The notes beneath the pieces were generated by a model that did not search any database, had not been told where the DNA came from, and saw only the letters and a program-made list of their open reading frames with translations. Shown piece by piece: positions 13,839 to 24,889 of a stretch of 64,000 nucleotides of DNA. Where the stretch lies: NCBI GenBank assembly GCA_018702695.1, contig JABIYR010000087.1:4481-68480 (forward strand). The letters run 5' to 3'. The DNA comes from Nitrospina sp. (GTDB lineage: Bacteria; Nitrospinota; Nitrospinia; Nitrospinales; VA-1). Numbering within the stretch: position 1 is the first letter of the stretch; each line of letters begins with the position of its first letter. The translations under genes were made by a program, and so were the position numbers.

Positions 13839-14669
13839 ATGCCCATTAGGAAATTAAAACCAAGATCACCCGGTGTTCGACATCAGACGATATCCGGTTT
13901 TGATGAGATCACAAAGTCTACGCCGGAAAAAAGTCTACTTATCTCTATTGGTAGAAAAGGTGGGCGCAATAATCATGGTCGAATCACAATGCGTCGGCGT
14001 GGTGGCGGGCATCGTAAGCAGTATCGGGTTATTGATTTTAAGCGGCGCAAGGATGATATTCCAGCTAAGGTAATTGGGATTGAGTACGACCCTAACCGCA
14101 GTGCGCGAATTGCGCTTCTTTCTTATGTTGATGGCGAAAAGCGTTATATCATCGCTCCGGCTAAGATAAAGGTTGGTGATGTGTTGATGTCTGGCGAAAA
14201 AGCTGAAATTCGCGTCGGAAACTGCCTGCCTCTTCAGAATATTCCAGAGGGTACTCTGGTTCATAATATCGAGATGCGCCCGGGAAAAGGTGCTCAGATT
14301 GCTCGAACTGCCGGTAACGGTGTTCAGTTGATGGCTAAAGAGGGCGAGTATGTGACTCTTAAGTTGAAGTCTGGCGAGGTTCGGTTGATTCATAAGACTT
14401 GTCGGGCGACAATCGGAACAGTGGGGAATGCGGACCACGAAAATGTGTCGATTGGTAAGGCCGGTCGTGTTAGGTGGATGGGGGTTCGTCCTCGAGTTCG
14501 AGCGGTTGCAATGAACCCGGTTGATCATCCGATGGGTGGTGGTGAAGGGCGTTCGTCTGGGGGTCGTCATCCGTGTAGCCCTTGGGGTCAGATTGCTAAG
14601 GGTTTGAAGACGCGTAAGGTTAAGAAAATTTCCAATAAATTTATTCTTAGTCGTAAGAAGCGAAAATAA
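13839..14669 (+). CDS. rplB: 50S ribosomal protein L2
   Basis: 276 aa, [40 protein letters not shown]. Confidence 0.99.
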   Translation: MPIRKLKPRSPGVRHQTISGFDEITKSTPEKSLLISIGRKGGRNNHGRITMRRRGGGHRKQYRVIDFKRRKDDIPAKVIGIEYDPNRSARIALLSYVDGEKRYIIAPAKIKVGDVLMSGEKAEIRVGNCLPLQNIPEGTLVHNIEMRPGKGAQIARTAGNGVQLMAKEGEYVTLKLKSGEVRLIHKTCRATIGTVGNADHENVSIGKAGRVRWMGVRPRVRAVAMNPVDHPMGGGEGRSSGGRHPCSPWGQIAKGLKTRKVKKISNKFILSRKKRK

Positions 14670-14695
14670 ATAATTAAGTAAACTGAGGTTCAGGA

Positions 14696-14977
14696 ATGGC
14701 ACGATCATTAAAAAAAGGCCCGTTCATCGACGCGCATTTAGCGAAAAAAATTGACGAGATGAATCAGAAGAATGAGAAGAAGTTGTGTAAGACTTGGTCG
14801 CGCCGGTCTACGATCACTCCAGACTTTGTGGGTCATACAATATCAGTACATAACGGTAAAAAATTCTTTCCGATATTTATGTCGGAGAACATGGTAGGTC
14901 ATAAGTTGGGCGAATTCTCCCCCACGCGGACTTTTAGGACGCATGGTGGGAAAACTAAAAAAGCTGTGACCAAATAA
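14696..14977 (+). CDS. rpsS: 30S ribosomal protein S19
   Basis: 93 aa, [19 protein letters not shown]. Confidence 0.98.
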   Translation: MARSLKKGPFIDAHLAKKIDEMNQKNEKKLCKTWSRRSTITPDFVGHTISVHNGKKFFPIFMSENMVGHKLGEFSPTRTFRTHGGKTKKAVTK

Positions 14978-14995
14978 AGAATTGACAGGGATATT

Positions 14996-15337
14996 ATGGA
15001 AGTTAGAGCTCTATTAAAGCATACGAGGACGGCACCGCGCAAAGCGCGACTGGTTGCTGATATGATTCGTGGTAAAAATGTGAACGATGCCATCAATATT
15101 CTTGCGTTTACACGCAAGCGCGCGGCGGGAACCATACAGAAGTTGCTAAAGTCTGCAATCGCTAACGCAGAAGAGAACCACAAGGTTCTTGATATTGATG
15201 ACATGGTTATAAAGAATATCCGAGTTGACGAGGGAGTTACTTGGAAGCGCAATATGCCGCGAGCTAGAGGGACATCAAATATGATTCAAAAGAAGACCAG
15301 TCATATTACTTTGATACTGGAAGATAAAGAATCTTAA
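14996..15337 (+). CDS. rplV: 50S ribosomal protein L22
   Basis: 113 aa, MEVRALLKHTRTAPRKARLVADMIRGK. Confidence 0.98.
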   Translation: MEVRALLKHTRTAPRKARLVADMIRGKNVNDAINILAFTRKRAAGTIQKLLKSAIANAEENHKVLDIDDMVIKNIRVDEGVTWKRNMPRARGTSNMIQKKTSHITLILEDKES

Positions 15338-15348
15338 GGAGATAAAGC

Positions 15349-16029
15349 GTGGGTCAAAAAGTTCACCCTTACGGGTTCAGATTGGGGTTCAATAAAACTT
15401 GGGTGTCAAACTGGTACGCCAAGAAGGGATATTCCGACCAGTTGCTTGAGGATATGGCACTGAGAAAGCATATTTTTAAGACACTTTCTCATGCAGGTAT
15501 CTCGCGGGTGGAGATTGAGCGTTCAGCGAACCGCGTTAGAATAAATATTCATACAGCGCGTCCGGGAATCATTATTGGTAAAAAAGGTCTTGAGGTAGAT
15601 AGGCTTAAGGGCGAGTTGAAGGCTGTAATGGCTGGCAAGCAAGTTAACCTCAATATTAAAGAGGTTCGCCGTGCGGAGTTGGATGCGAATTTGATTTCCC
15701 AGAATATTGCTTTGCAGTTAGAGCGCCGAGTGTCTTTTCGTCGGGCTATGAAAAAGAGTGTTGTTTCGGCTCTAAGGTTTGGGGCTAAGGGTATTAAGAT
15801 TCGCGTGTCCGGACGGTTGGGCGGTGCGGAAATTGCCAGAAGTGAATGGTATCGAGAAGGTCGCGTGCCATTGCATACTCTGCGTGCGGACATAGATTAT
15901 GGGACAGCCGTTTCCAATACTACTTTCGGGATCATTGGTGTGAAAGTGTGGGTTTATAAGGGTGACACGCTGTTTGTTAAAGAGGCTGAGCCACCTCAGC
16001 CAAAGGGTGGCGGCAAGGGTAGGTCTTAG
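15349..16029 (+). CDS. rpsC: 30S ribosomal protein S3
   Basis: 226 aa, GTG start, [14 protein letters not shown]-domain block. Confidence 0.98.
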   Translation: MGQKVHPYGFRLGFNKTWVSNWYAKKGYSDQLLEDMALRKHIFKTLSHAGISRVEIERSANRVRINIHTARPGIIIGKKGLEVDRLKGELKAVMAGKQVNLNIKEVRRAELDANLISQNIALQLERRVSFRRAMKKSVVSALRFGAKGIKIRVSGRLGGAEIARSEWYREGRVPLHTLRADIDYGTAVSNTTFGIIGVKVWVYKGDTLFVKEAEPPQPKGGGKGRS

Positions 16030-16099
16030 TTTACTTGGATAAGAATTCAGACCTAGATTTTAATGCTGGGTCGTTAATGTTTTTTGGAGAAAATGCATC

Positions 16100-16510
16100 A
16101 TGTTGATGCCGAAAAGGGTTAAGTACAGAAAGCGCCATAAGGGAAGAATGCGTGGCGTTGCCTACCGAGGTGGTTCTATAGATTTTGGTACCTACGGTCT
16201 TCAGGCTTTGGAATGTGGGCGTATCACCAATCGGCAGATTGAGGCCGCTCGTATTGCCATGACTCGCTATGTTAAGCGTGGTGGTAAAATTTGGTTGAGA
16301 ATCTTTCCTGATAAGCCTGTTTCCAAGAAGCCGCTGGAAACCAGAATGGGTAAGGGTAAGGGAAATCCAGAGTTTTGGGTGGCCGTTGTCAAACCCGGTA
16401 GAATTCTTTATGAAATGGAGGGTGTGACGGAAGAAGTTGCCAAAGAGGCATTCCGATTGGCCGCTCATAAGCTGTCAGTTTCCACTCGCTTTGTTGTTAA
16501 GCAATTTTAA
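16100..16510 (+). CDS. rplP: 50S ribosomal protein L16
   Basis: 136 aa, [19 protein letters not shown]. Preceded by an unusually long 70-nt spacer. Confidence 0.98.
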   Translation: MLMPKRVKYRKRHKGRMRGVAYRGGSIDFGTYGLQALECGRITNRQIEAARIAMTRYVKRGGKIWLRIFPDKPVSKKPLETRMGKGKGNPEFWVAVVKPGRILYEMEGVTEEVAKEAFRLAAHKLSVSTRFVVKQF

Positions 16511-16530
16511 TTGAAGAAGTAAATAAACGT

Positions 16531-16776
16531 ATGCTTAAAGCTGAAGAAATTAGAGGTCTTTCCGAAAAAGAGCGGGAAGAAAAAATAGTAGATATCAACC
16601 AGGAAATATTCAACCTGAAGTTTCAGTTGGCGACCGGGAAGATTGAGAACCCCAGTCGGCTTCAACAGTTGCGCAGGGATGTTGCTCGGTTGAAAACGAT
16701 TCAGGTTGAAAGTCGTTCCGCGGGTCAAAAGCCTTCGGAGGGCGAGGTTGAAACTAAGGTAAGTTCTGATAAATAA
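16531..16776 (+). CDS. rpmC: 50S ribosomal protein L29 with about 20-aa C-terminal extension
   Basis: 81 aa, LKAEEIRGLSEKEREEKIVDINQEIFNLKFQLATG. Extra tail SRSAGQKPSEGEVETKVSSDK. Confidence 0.96.
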   Translation: MLKAEEIRGLSEKEREEKIVDINQEIFNLKFQLATGKIENPSRLQQLRRDVARLKTIQVESRSAGQKPSEGEVETKVSSDK

Positions 16777-16833
16777 AATTCAGACCAGTAAGTCGGTAGA
16801 TAGGTTTGAATATTAAACGGGAGTGGGAAGCTT

Positions 16834-17109
16834 TTGCAGAATACCAATAAAAGAAGAACCATGATGGGCCTTGTGGTGAGTAATAAAATGGACAAAACCG
16901 TGGTCGTGAAGGTGGAGCGGAAATTCATTCACCCAAAATTCAAAAAAGTGGTGAAAAGCTCCCAGAAATTCAGCGCTCACGATGAGAAAAATGAATGTAC
17001 TCCTGGTGATTTCATCTGTATCAGTGAGACGCGGCCCTTGAGTAAAACCAAGCGATGGCGTTTGATGGAAATTGTCAAGAAAGGTGAGGAGGCGGATAAA
17101 GCGTCATGA
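16834..17109 (+). CDS. rpsQ: 30S ribosomal protein S17
   Basis: 91 aa from a TTG start (ATG alternatives at 16861/16864). [18 protein letters not shown]. Confidence 0.95.
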   Translation: MQNTNKRRTMMGLVVSNKMDKTVVVKVERKFIHPKFKKVVKSSQKFSAHDEKNECTPGDFICISETRPLSKTKRWRLMEIVKKGEEADKAS

Positions 17110-17474
17110 TTCAATTAAGAACTGTATTAGAAGTGGCGGATAATTCAGGTGCCAAGGTGGTTCAGTGTATTAAGGTGCTTGGTGGGTCTCGTCGCAGGTA
17201 TGCGCGCATTGGAGATGTTATTGTTGTGGCTGTGAAGGAAGTAGACCCACAAAGTAATATCAAAAAGGGTGAAGTTAAGAAGGCGGTGGTGGTCAGAACC
17301 CGCAAAGAAATTCGTCGCTCCAATGGAAGTTATATCAAATTTGATAGCAATGCCGCGGTTCTGATAGGGGATACGAAAGAGCCAGTAGGCACGCGTATAT
17401 TTGGCCCCGTGGGTCGTGAGTTGCGTGCTAAGCGTTATATGAAAATTCTTTCGCTTGCTCCGGAGGTGCTGTAA
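17106..17474 (+). CDS. rplN: 50S ribosomal protein L14
   Basis: 122 aa, [17 protein letters not shown]. 4-nt overlap with rpsQ. Confidence 0.99.
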   Translation: MIQLRTVLEVADNSGAKVVQCIKVLGGSRRRYARIGDVIVVAVKEVDPQSNIKKGEVKKAVVVRTRKEIRRSNGSYIKFDSNAAVLIGDTKEPVGTRIFGPVGRELRAKRYMKILSLAPEVL

Positions 17475-17812
17475 TGAAAAGAGCGCCTTATAAATTGCAT
17501 CTAAAGAAAGACGATATCGTTCAAGTTATTGCGGGCAAAGAAAAAGGGAAAAAGGGTAAAGTGCTTGCAATATTCCCCGCTGAGGAACGGTTGACCATAG
17601 AAAAGCTGAATATCGTTAAGCGTCACACGAAGGGCGATGGCAAATCTCGTCAGTCTGGAATTGTTGAGAAGGAAGGTAAGATTCATATTTCTAATGTTCT
17701 GATGGTCAGTGATAAGGTTGGCAAGGGTGTGCGAACCAAGCTGAAAAAATTGGAAGATGGAAAACGCGTCCGGGTTTGTGCAAAAACCGGGGATGTGTTG
17801 GATAAGGTATAA
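17474..17812 (+). CDS. rplX: 50S ribosomal protein L24
   Basis: 112 aa, [24 protein letters not shown] (KOW motif). Confidence 0.97.
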   Translation: MKRAPYKLHLKKDDIVQVIAGKEKGKKGKVLAIFPAEERLTIEKLNIVKRHTKGDGKSRQSGIVEKEGKIHISNVLMVSDKVGKGVRTKLKKLEDGKRVRVCAKTGDVLDKV

Positions 17813-17813
17813 C

Positions 17814-18353
17814 ATGGCAAATTTTAAAACAGCATATATAGAGAAGCACCGTCCTGCAATTCAGAAGGAGTTGGGTCTGAAGAATATAATGCAGGTTCCC
17901 AAGATGACTAAAATTACTATCAATATGGGTTTGGGCGAAGCATTGCAGAACTCTAAGTTGATTGAGGCAGGAGTTGAGCAGTTGCGAATTATCGCGGGTC
18001 AGCAGCCTATTATCACAAAAGCCAAAAAATCAGTCTCCAATTTTAAGTTGCGCGAAGGCGTTCCTATTGGCGTGAAGGTCACTTTGCGTGGAGACCGGAT
18101 GTATGAATTTTATGAGCGTTTGGTTTGTTTTTCCCTTCCCCGTGTGCGAGATTTTAGGGGGTTGCCTCCCAAGGCATTTGATGGACGAGGCAATTACACG
18201 CTTGGGCTTAAGGAGCAGTTAATTTTTCCTGAAATCGAATTCGATAAGATTGATAAGATTAAGGGAATGAATATCACAATTACCACCACGGCTCAGAACG
18301 ATGAACAGGGCCGATGTTTGTTGACCCATATGGGGCTTCCGATCAGAAAGTAA
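17814..18353 (+). CDS. rplE: 50S ribosomal protein L5
   Basis: ORF track starts at 17757 inside rplX. The ATG at 17814 gives [21 protein letters not shown] (179 aa), 1 nt after the rplX stop. Confidence 0.96.
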   Translation: MANFKTAYIEKHRPAIQKELGLKNIMQVPKMTKITINMGLGEALQNSKLIEAGVEQLRIIAGQQPIITKAKKSVSNFKLREGVPIGVKVTLRGDRMYEFYERLVCFSLPRVRDFRGLPPKAFDGRGNYTLGLKEQLIFPEIEFDKIDKIKGMNITITTTAQNDEQGRCLLTHMGLPIRK

Positions 18354-18359
18354 AGGGAT

Positions 18360-18545
18360 ATGGCTAAGAAATCACTAGTCGCTAAGGCGAAACGGCAACA
18401 GAAATTTAAAGTGCGTCAGTACAGTCGATGTCAGGTTTGTGGTAGACCACGAGCATTTATCCGTAAATTCGGCATGTGTCGAATTTGTTTTCGAGAGAGA
18501 GCATTGCGTGGTGAAATTCCTGGTGTCACCAAGGCGAGTTGGTAG
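18360..18545 (+). CDS. rpsN: 30S ribosomal protein S14, short zinc-ribbon type (type Z)
   Basis: 61 aa, [23 protein letters not shown] (CxxC..CxxC). Position between rplE and rpsH. Confidence 0.97.
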   Translation: MAKKSLVAKAKRQQKFKVRQYSRCQVCGRPRAFIRKFGMCRICFRERALRGEIPGVTKASW

Positions 18546-18581
18546 TTTAATTTAATTAATTTTTGGGAGTTTAGTTTTGAT

Positions 18582-18974
18582 ATGATGACCGATCCCATCG
18601 CAGACCTATTTACCCGTATTCGTAACGGGTTGATGGTTAGGCATCCGCGGGTTGATGTCCCCGGTTCAAAAATGAAAGTGCGTATCGTAGAAATATTGAA
18701 GGAAGAGGGTTATATAAAGAACTTCCGGGTATATGAAGATAATTTGCAGGGCATCATTCGGGTTTATTTGAAGTACCGAGATGAGCAGTCTGTGATTCGG
18801 GGGATTAAGCGGGTCAGCAAGCCAGGTCGAAGGAATTATGTCAACCGAGATGGAATTCCCAAGGTTCTGAACGGTCTGGGTTTAGCCATTTTGTCTACCT
18901 CTTCAGGGGTGATGACAGGCGACCAATGTAGAGAAAAAGGAATTGGTGGTGAAGTGTTAGGTACGGTCTGGTAA
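18582..18974 (+). CDS. rpsH: 30S ribosomal protein S8
   Basis: 130 aa, [16 protein letters not shown]. Confidence 0.98.
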   Translation: MMTDPIADLFTRIRNGLMVRHPRVDVPGSKMKVRIVEILKEEGYIKNFRVYEDNLQGIIRVYLKYRDEQSVIRGIKRVSKPGRRNYVNRDGIPKVLNGLGLAILSTSSGVMTGDQCREKGIGGEVLGTVW

Positions 18975-19170
18975 GCACCGCCATCTTGGGGTGAGATTAG
19001 TGCCCTGAATAAAATGACCAAAAATTTATGCCGCCTTGCTGAGTGATTTAGGTGAGAGCTGGTTGAGCCGGGTTTATTGGGTTAATTCATTAAGCCTATT
19101 TTGAAACCGATTTTGGGTTTAGAGTCCTGTTTGAGGGGCTTGTAAATTTGAAATTTAGAAGAATCTTATT

Positions 19171-19716
19171 ATGTCTCGAATTGGAAAACAGCCGGTCAAA
19201 ATTCCCTCTGGTGTAGAATTAAAGGTCACAGGGTCTAGTTTGTCGGTAAAAGGGCCTAAGGGTAATTTGCAGCGTAATTTACACCCAAATATGGCCATTG
19301 AGTATAAAGATAACGAAGTGAAAGTGTCACGACCCAGTGATGGTCGGTTGGACCGTTCGTTGCATGGTTTAACGCGAACCTTGATCAGTAATATGGTTAT
19401 TGGGGTTACAGAAGGTTACTCCAAGCAGCTTAATATTGTTGGGGTTGGGTATAAAGTGGCCCTCAAGGGTAAGGACTTGTTGCTAAACCTTGGGCACTCT
19501 CACGAAATTAACTATCCAGCTCCTAGTGGCATTGAGTTTGAGGTGGATTCCAAGAAGAATACCATCGTTGTAAAGGGCGCAAATAAGGAAGTCGTTGGTC
19601 AAACCACAGCAGAAATTCGTGGCTTTCGTCCACCGGAACCTTATAAGGGAAAAGGGGTAATGTACTCCACCGAAAGAATTCGTAGAAAAGCCGGTAAGGC
19701 AGCAGGTAAAGGATAA
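19171..19716 (+). CDS. rplF: 50S ribosomal protein L6
   Basis: 181 aa, [15 protein letters not shown]. In-frame TAG at 19156 excludes an upstream start. Confidence 0.98.
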   Translation: MSRIGKQPVKIPSGVELKVTGSSLSVKGPKGNLQRNLHPNMAIEYKDNEVKVSRPSDGRLDRSLHGLTRTLISNMVIGVTEGYSKQLNIVGVGYKVALKGKDLLLNLGHSHEINYPAPSGIEFEVDSKKNTIVVKGANKEVVGQTTAEIRGFRPPEPYKGKGVMYSTERIRRKAGKAAGKG

Positions 19717-19720
19717 TTTA

Positions 19721-20086
19721 ATGAAAACAACTGAACGAGAACGACTTCGACTGCAAAGAAAAAAAAGGGTCAAACTTAAGGTTCAAAAGCAAATGAACCG
19801 CCTAAGGTTGACAGTCTTTCGAAGTACCAAACACATATATGCTCAAATTGTCGATGACAATGAGGGTAAAACCCTTGTAACCATGTCTACACTTTCTAAA
19901 GACTTTAAGGATCAAATGAAGTCTGGCGGGAATCTGAAGGCGGCGGTTTTGGTCGGTTCCCTTATTGGGCAAGCGGCTGCAGACAAGGGTATCAAGGAAG
20001 TGTATTACGATAGAAATGGTTTTCTATATGCTGGACGTGTTAAAGCCTTGGCTGATGCCGTTCGGGAAAAAGGAATAAAATTTTAA
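19721..20086 (+). CDS. rplR: 50S ribosomal protein L18
   Basis: 121 aa, [41 protein letters not shown]. Confidence 0.98.
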   Translation: MKTTERERLRLQRKKRVKLKVQKQMNRLRLTVFRSTKHIYAQIVDDNEGKTLVTMSTLSKDFKDQMKSGGNLKAAVLVGSLIGQAAADKGIKEVYYDRNGFLYAGRVKALADAVREKGIKF

Positions 20087-20104
20087 TTCATTACCCAGGA
20101 GGAA

Positions 20105-20590
20105 GTGTTGCGACAACGGGAGCCGGAAAAACCCACAGATTTTGTTGATAAGGTTGTAAAGATCAACCGCGTGGCCAAGGTTGTTAAGGGGGGTCGACGT
20201 TTTAGCTTTAGTGCGCTAGTGGTTGTTGGTAACCGTGAAGGTAAGGTGGGCTGGGGTTTGGGTAAGGCAAATGAGGTCCCTGAGGCGATACGCAAAGGTG
20301 TAGAAAAAGCCAAAAAGGGTATGGTTTCAATTAGCTTGGATGGATCTTCTATCCCGCATGAAGTCATTGGTGCATACGGAGCTGGCAGAGTGTTGATGAA
20401 GCCAGCGTCAAGGGGTACCGGTTTGATTGCTGGGGGTGCTGTTCGAGCGGTTCTTGAGGCCGTCGGAATTCGAGATATTTTGACAAAATGTCTGCGCACA
20501 AATAACCCGCATAATGTGGTGAAGGCGACCATCGAGGGTTTGATCAATCTCCGAGATGCTAAAGAATGTGCGCGCATGCGCGCCAAATAA
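20105..20590 (+). CDS. rpsE: 30S ribosomal protein S5
   Basis: 161 aa, GTG start, [28 protein letters not shown]. Confidence 0.98.
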   Translation: MLRQREPEKPTDFVDKVVKINRVAKVVKGGRRFSFSALVVVGNREGKVGWGLGKANEVPEAIRKGVEKAKKGMVSISLDGSSIPHEVIGAYGAGRVLMKPASRGTGLIAGGAVRAVLEAVGIRDILTKCLRTNNPHNVVKATIEGLINLRDAKECARMRAK

Positions 20591-20620
20591 TGGGTTCCGA
20601 ATTTTATTAGAGGATTAGGT

Positions 20621-21061
20621 ATGTTGCAATTATCAAATTTGGTAGGTCCTGCCCGCGGCAGGAAAAATCGTAAGCGAGTAGGCCGTGGCCCAGGCTCAGG
20701 GACCGGAAAGACATCTGGCAAAGGTCAGAAAGGTCAAAAATCCCGTTCTGGTGGAAGTCCACACCCTTGGTTTGAGGGTGGACAGATGCCTCTTTACCGA
20801 AGATTGCCTAAACGTGGCTTCACAAATATATTCAAAAAAGAATACGAATTGGTGAATGTTGTCGACTTAGCACGTTGTGCTGGGGCTGACCCCATCACGC
20901 CAGAAGTTATGAAAGAAAAAGGTTTGATCAAGAAAACTGGCGCAGTTAAAATTTTGGGATGCGGAGAGTTAACTGAATCTATGAATGTTCACGCTCACAA
21001 GTTTAGTGGGACAGCTCAGGCTAAGATTGAAAAATCTGGTGGAAAGGTTGTTACCCTTTAA
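20621..21061 (+). CDS. rplO: 50S ribosomal protein L15
   Basis: 146 aa, [24 protein letters not shown]. Follows rpsE directly, with no L30 gene between them. Confidence 0.98.
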   Translation: MLQLSNLVGPARGRKNRKRVGRGPGSGTGKTSGKGQKGQKSRSGGSPHPWFEGGQMPLYRRLPKRGFTNIFKKEYELVNVVDLARCAGADPITPEVMKEKGLIKKTGAVKILGCGELTESMNVHAHKFSGTAQAKIEKSGGKVVTL

Positions 21062-22378
21062 ATGAGTGGCGCAGATAGTTTTGGCAATATCTTTCGTGTT
21101 CCTGAGCTGAAGAAGCGGATTCTCTTTACGCTTGGGCTTCTTGTTGTATATCGAATCGGTGCGCATATCCCGACTCCTGGAATCAACTCCGTTGCTTTGG
21201 CAGAATTATTTGCTCGAGCGCAGGGAACGATTCTTGGTTTTTTCGATATGTTTTCCGGTGGTGCATTGAGCCGGTTGACCATCTTTGCTTTGGGTATCAT
21301 GCCCTATATCAGTGCATCGATTATCCTGCAATTGATGACCATTGTTTCTCCTTATTTGGCACGTTTGAAGAAAGAGGGAGAGCAGGGCCAGAAAAAAATT
21401 ACTCAATATACCCGTTATGGAACGGTTGTTCTGAGTTTGATTCAAGGTTCTGGAATCGCAGTTGGGTTGGAAGCTATGAAAAGCCCGAGTGGTGGCTTGA
21501 TTGTTCCTGAACCCGGATGGTCGTTTCGAATGATGACGGTTTTAACTTTGACCGCAGGAACGGCCTTTTTGATGTGGCTGGGTGAGCAGATCACCGAGCG
21601 CGGTATCGGCAATGGCATCTCCTTGATCATTTTTTCGGGTATCGTGGCGGGAACTCCAGCGGCGATATTCCAATCACTCGATTTAATGGGGACTGGCGAA
21701 ATGTCAGTGCTCGTGATGCTGTTTCTTTTGGTTTTGATGATCGTCGTAGTCGGTGTCATTGTTTTTACTGAAGGAGGTCAGCGTCGAATACCCATTCAGT
21801 ATGCAAAGCGGGTAGTCGGTCGAAAGATGATGGGCGGTCAGGCAACGCATTTGCCTCTGAAAGTAAACACTTCAGGTGTTATTCCGCCTATTTTTGCATC
21901 GTCTATTATCATGTTTCCGGCGACCATCGCTCAGTTTATCAGTCACCCATGGATGCAGTCAGTGTCAGCTATGCTGACCCCCGGGACGATTGTGTATAGC
22001 TTGGTTTTTGTCGGTGCGGTATTCTTCTTTTGTTATTTTTATACCGCTGTTATATTTAACCCGGTTGATGTCGCCGATAATTTGAAGAAAAATGGCGGTT
22101 ATGTTCCTGGAATCAGACCGGGCAGTAAGACCACAGATTATATCGATACAATTCTTTCGAGAGTAACGTTTTATGGGGCGGTTTATCTTTCTTTAATCTG
22201 TATTTTGCCGGATTATTTGATAAAATACTTTAACATCCCGTTTTACTTTGGTGGTACAAGCCTGTTGATCGTTGTAGGTGTTTCATTGGATACAATGCAA
22301 CAAATAGAATCTCATTTGGTTATGAGGAATTACGACGGTTTTGTTAAAAAGGGACGATTGAAAAGCCGAAGAGGCTGA
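21062..22378 (+). CDS. secY: Preprotein translocase subunit SecY
   Basis: 438 aa, multi-[35 protein letters not shown]. Confidence 0.98.
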   Translation: MSGADSFGNIFRVPELKKRILFTLGLLVVYRIGAHIPTPGINSVALAELFARAQGTILGFFDMFSGGALSRLTIFALGIMPYISASIILQLMTIVSPYLARLKKEGEQGQKKITQYTRYGTVVLSLIQGSGIAVGLEAMKSPSGGLIVPEPGWSFRMMTVLTLTAGTAFLMWLGEQITERGIGNGISLIIFSGIVAGTPAAIFQSLDLMGTGEMSVLVMLFLLVLMIVVVGVIVFTEGGQRRIPIQYAKRVVGRKMMGGQATHLPLKVNTSGVIPPIFASSIIMFPATIAQFISHPWMQSVSAMLTPGTIVYSLVFVGAVFFFCYFYTAVIFNPVDVADNLKKNGGYVPGIRPGSKTTDYIDTILSRVTFYGAVYLSLICILPDYLIKYFNIPFYFGGTSLLIVVGVSLDTMQQIESHLVMRNYDGFVKKGRLKSRRG

Positions 22379-22381
22379 TTA

Positions 22382-23023
22382 ATGAGATTGATTCTTTTAG
22401 GCCCTCCCGGTGCAGGGAAAGGCACTCAGGCCAAGTTGTTGAAAGAGAAATTTAAGATCCCACAGATATCAACGGGTGATATCCTACGAAATGCGGTTAA
22501 GAACAATACTGCGTTAGGGGTTCAGGCTGATTCATTTATGGCGGCGGGACAATTGGTTCCCGATGACGTGGTGATTGGTTTGATCAAGGAACGAATTAAG
22601 CGGGATGATTGTGATCCGGGTTTTATATTAGATGGTTTTCCTCGCACGATAGTTCAGGCGGATAAACTTTCTGAAACCTTAGAGGCAATGAATTTAGCCC
22701 TAGATAGGGTTGTCGATTTGGAAGTGGATCCTGAAGAGGTTATCAACCGCTTAACTGGACGTAGTACCTGCTCAGAATGTGGGGGCATGTTTCATGAAGA
22801 GTCGCGAAAACCGAAAGTAGCCCATGTATGCGATTGTTGCGGTGGGGCTTTGGCACAACGGCAAGATGACAATAAGGCAACTATATTAAAACGTCTGGAT
22901 GTATATCAGGAATCTACCGCTCCCTTGAAGGAGTTTTATAAAAAGCAGGGGAATTTAGGGACAGTATCAGCAAAGGGTTCCGTAGAAGAGATTTTTTCCC
23001 GCATATGCGAACTGGTGACGTAA
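22382..23023 (+). CDS. adk: Adenylate kinase (Cys4 zinc-lid form)
   Basis: 213 aa, MRLILLGPPGAGKGTQA. Lid CSECGGMFH..CDCCGGAL. Confidence 0.98.
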   Translation: MRLILLGPPGAGKGTQAKLLKEKFKIPQISTGDILRNAVKNNTALGVQADSFMAAGQLVPDDVVIGLIKERIKRDDCDPGFILDGFPRTIVQADKLSETLEAMNLALDRVVDLEVDPEEVINRLTGRSTCSECGGMFHEESRKPKVAHVCDCCGGALAQRQDDNKATILKRLDVYQESTAPLKEFYKKQGNLGTVSAKGSVEEIFSRICELVT

Positions 23024-23026
23024 CGG

Positions 23027-23245
23027 ATGTCAAAAGAAGATTCTATCGAAGTTGAAGGTACCATACTCGAGCCATTGCCGAATGCAATGTTCCGAGTCGA
23101 ATTAGAAAACGGCCATAAAGTGTTGGCTCATATATCTGGGAAAATGCGTATGCATTTTATTCGCATCCTGTCAGGCGATAAGGTCAAAGTTCAACTTTCT
23201 CCTTATGATTTGACACGCGGGCGAATCACCTATAGATATAAATAA
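23027..23245 (+). CDS. infA: Translation initiation factor IF-1
   Basis: 72 aa, [35 protein letters not shown]. Confidence 0.98.
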   Translation: MSKEDSIEVEGTILEPLPNAMFRVELENGHKVLAHISGKMRMHFIRILSGDKVKVQLSPYDLTRGRITYRYK

Positions 23246-23259
23246 TAGAGGACGGAAAC

Positions 23260-23373
23260 ATGAAAGTCAGGGCATCGGTCAAACCAATTTGTACCAAATG
23301 TAAAGTGATTCGCCGTTGTGGAGTTGTGCGGGTTATTTGTGAAAACCCAAAGCATAAACAGCGTCAGGGTTAA
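23260..23373 (+). CDS. rpmJ: 50S ribosomal protein L36 (not in ORF track, 37 aa)
   Basis: Hand translation gives [40 protein letters not shown] at 23371. Canonical position between infA and rpsM. Confidence 0.97.
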   Translation: MKVRASVKPICTKCKVIRRCGVVRVICENPKHKQRQG

Positions 23374-23391
23374 TTTCCAAAAGGAGAAGCA

Positions 23392-23763
23392 GTGGCTAGA
23401 ATAGCGGGTGTAGACATTCCCAAAGATAAGCAGGCGATAATTGCCTTGACCTACGTTTATGGAGTGGGCCCCACTTCCTCAAGAGCGATTTTGAAGAAAG
23501 CTCAAGTCGGGGAAGAAGTCAGAATGAAAGATCTGACCGAGGAAGAGGTCACCCGGATTCGTAATGTTATCGAAAAAGAATATGAAGTAGAGGGTGATTT
23601 GCGTCGAAATGTTTCTATGAACATTAAACGCTTGATGGATATTGGTGCTTACAGAGGCCTTCGCCATCGTAAAGGGTTGCCGGTCAGAGGTCAACGGACG
23701 CACACTAATGCCAGAACACGAAAAGGTCCCAAGAAAACTGTGGGCGCACGACAAAAAAAATAA
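23392..23763 (+). CDS. rpsM: 30S ribosomal protein S13
   Basis: 123 aa, GTG start after [16 protein letters not shown]. Confidence 0.98.
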   Translation: MARIAGVDIPKDKQAIIALTYVYGVGPTSSRAILKKAQVGEEVRMKDLTEEEVTRIRNVIEKEYEVEGDLRRNVSMNIKRLMDIGAYRGLRHRKGLPVRGQRTHTNARTRKGPKKTVGARQKK

Positions 23764-23775
23764 GGATTGAAAGTA

Positions 23776-24165
23776 ATGGACAACAAATCCAAAAGCGTTA
23801 AGAAGAAGCAAAAAACAGTACCAGAGGTTGGGGTAGCGCATATTCAGGCTACTTTCAATAATACGATTATCACCATTTCTGATATGTCCGGAAATGTGGT
23901 GTCTTGGTCCAGTGCCGGTTCTCAGGGCTTCAAAGGCTCAAGAAAAAGCACCCCATTTGCTGCACAGGTCGCGGCAGATAAGGCTGCGGTAAAAGCACGG
24001 GATATGGGAATGAAAAAATTGGAGGTTCACGTTAGAGGCCCAGGGTCGGGACGAGAGTCCGCAATACGATCATTGCAGGCCGCAGGAATGGAAATTCTTG
24101 TTATTCGTGACAAGACCCCGATTCCACATAATGGGTGCCGCCCTAGAAAACGTCGCAGAGTTTAA
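23776..24165 (+). CDS. rpsK: 30S ribosomal protein S11
   Basis: The ORF opens at TTG 23767. ATG 23776 is better spaced from [36 protein letters not shown]. Confidence 0.96.
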   Translation: MDNKSKSVKKKQKTVPEVGVAHIQATFNNTIITISDMSGNVVSWSSAGSQGFKGSRKSTPFAAQVAADKAAVKARDMGMKKLEVHVRGPGSGRESAIRSLQAAGMEILVIRDKTPIPHNGCRPRKRRRV

Positions 24166-24193
24166 TGCGAAAAACCGAAAGGAGTAACTGAAC

Positions 24194-24820
24194 TTGGCCA
24201 GGTATAGAGGTTCTGTTTGTCGACTTTGTCGACGAGAAGGTATAAAATTATATTTAAAAGGTTCCCGTTGCGAGACGGCAAAATGTGCCATTGAAAAAAG
24301 GGCATATCCTCCTGGACAGCACGGTCAGGGTAGGAAAAAGTTCTCGGAATATGGAGTTCAGTTGCGTGAAAAGCAAAAGGTAAAGCGGATATACGGTTTG
24401 TTGGAAAAACAATTCCGCAACTATTTTCATGCGGCAGATAAGAAAAAAGGCGTCACGGGTGAGAACCTTTTGCAGAATTTAGAACTGCGAATGGACAATG
24501 TTGTCTTCAGGATGGGGCTAGCTCCTTCCCGGAGTGCGGCACGCCAATTAGTTCGACACCGGCACTTTACAGTTAACGGAAAAAAGATGGATATTCCGTC
24601 TTATATTGTTGGGCAGGGAGATACTATATCTCTGAACCCTAACAAGCTGAAAAAAGCTCCCGTGATCAATGCAATAGAAAGTATTCAAGGAAAAACCCTT
24701 CCGGATTGGCTGTCTTTTGATTCTGATAGCAAACAGGGTATTGTCCAGGCCTTGCCTACAAGAGAGCATGTAACCATGCCGATTGAGGAGCAATTGATCG
24801 TTGAACTCTATTCGCGTTAA
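24194..24820 (+). CDS. rpsD: 30S ribosomal protein S4
   Basis: 208 aa, TTG start, [16 protein letters not shown]. Confidence 0.98.
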   Translation: MARYRGSVCRLCRREGIKLYLKGSRCETAKCAIEKRAYPPGQHGQGRKKFSEYGVQLREKQKVKRIYGLLEKQFRNYFHAADKKKGVTGENLLQNLELRMDNVVFRMGLAPSRSAARQLVRHRHFTVNGKKMDIPSYIVGQGDTISLNPNKLKKAPVINAIESIQGKTLPDWLSFDSDSKQGIVQALPTREHVTMPIEEQLIVELYSR

Positions 24821-24889
24821 TCAAGGACTGGTTGTTTCTATAAAACTAATTAAAAACAGCTTAGACCGAATCAAAAGGTCGGAGGTTTC

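Noticed and set aside
13935-14708. 257-aa ORF antisense to rplB. Similar long antisense ORFs occur at 20083..20721 opposite rpsE/rplO, at 15549..15893, and many inside rpoB, rpoC and fusA.
   Set aside because: They lie entirely opposite strongly conserved genes and have low-complexity, Arg/Ser/Thr/Pro-rich products with no recognisable motifs. This is the usual mirror-frame artefact of codon-biased genes.
17757-17813. Upstream extensions of ORF-track calls: rplE 17757, murA 36051, hemH 48985, HDOD 60005, deacetylase 44376, DUF4325 56229, PNPOx 61591, GT2 40157.
   Set aside because: The extensions overlap the preceding gene or lack homology-like sequence. Internal starts with SD motifs coincide with where the conserved N-termini begin.
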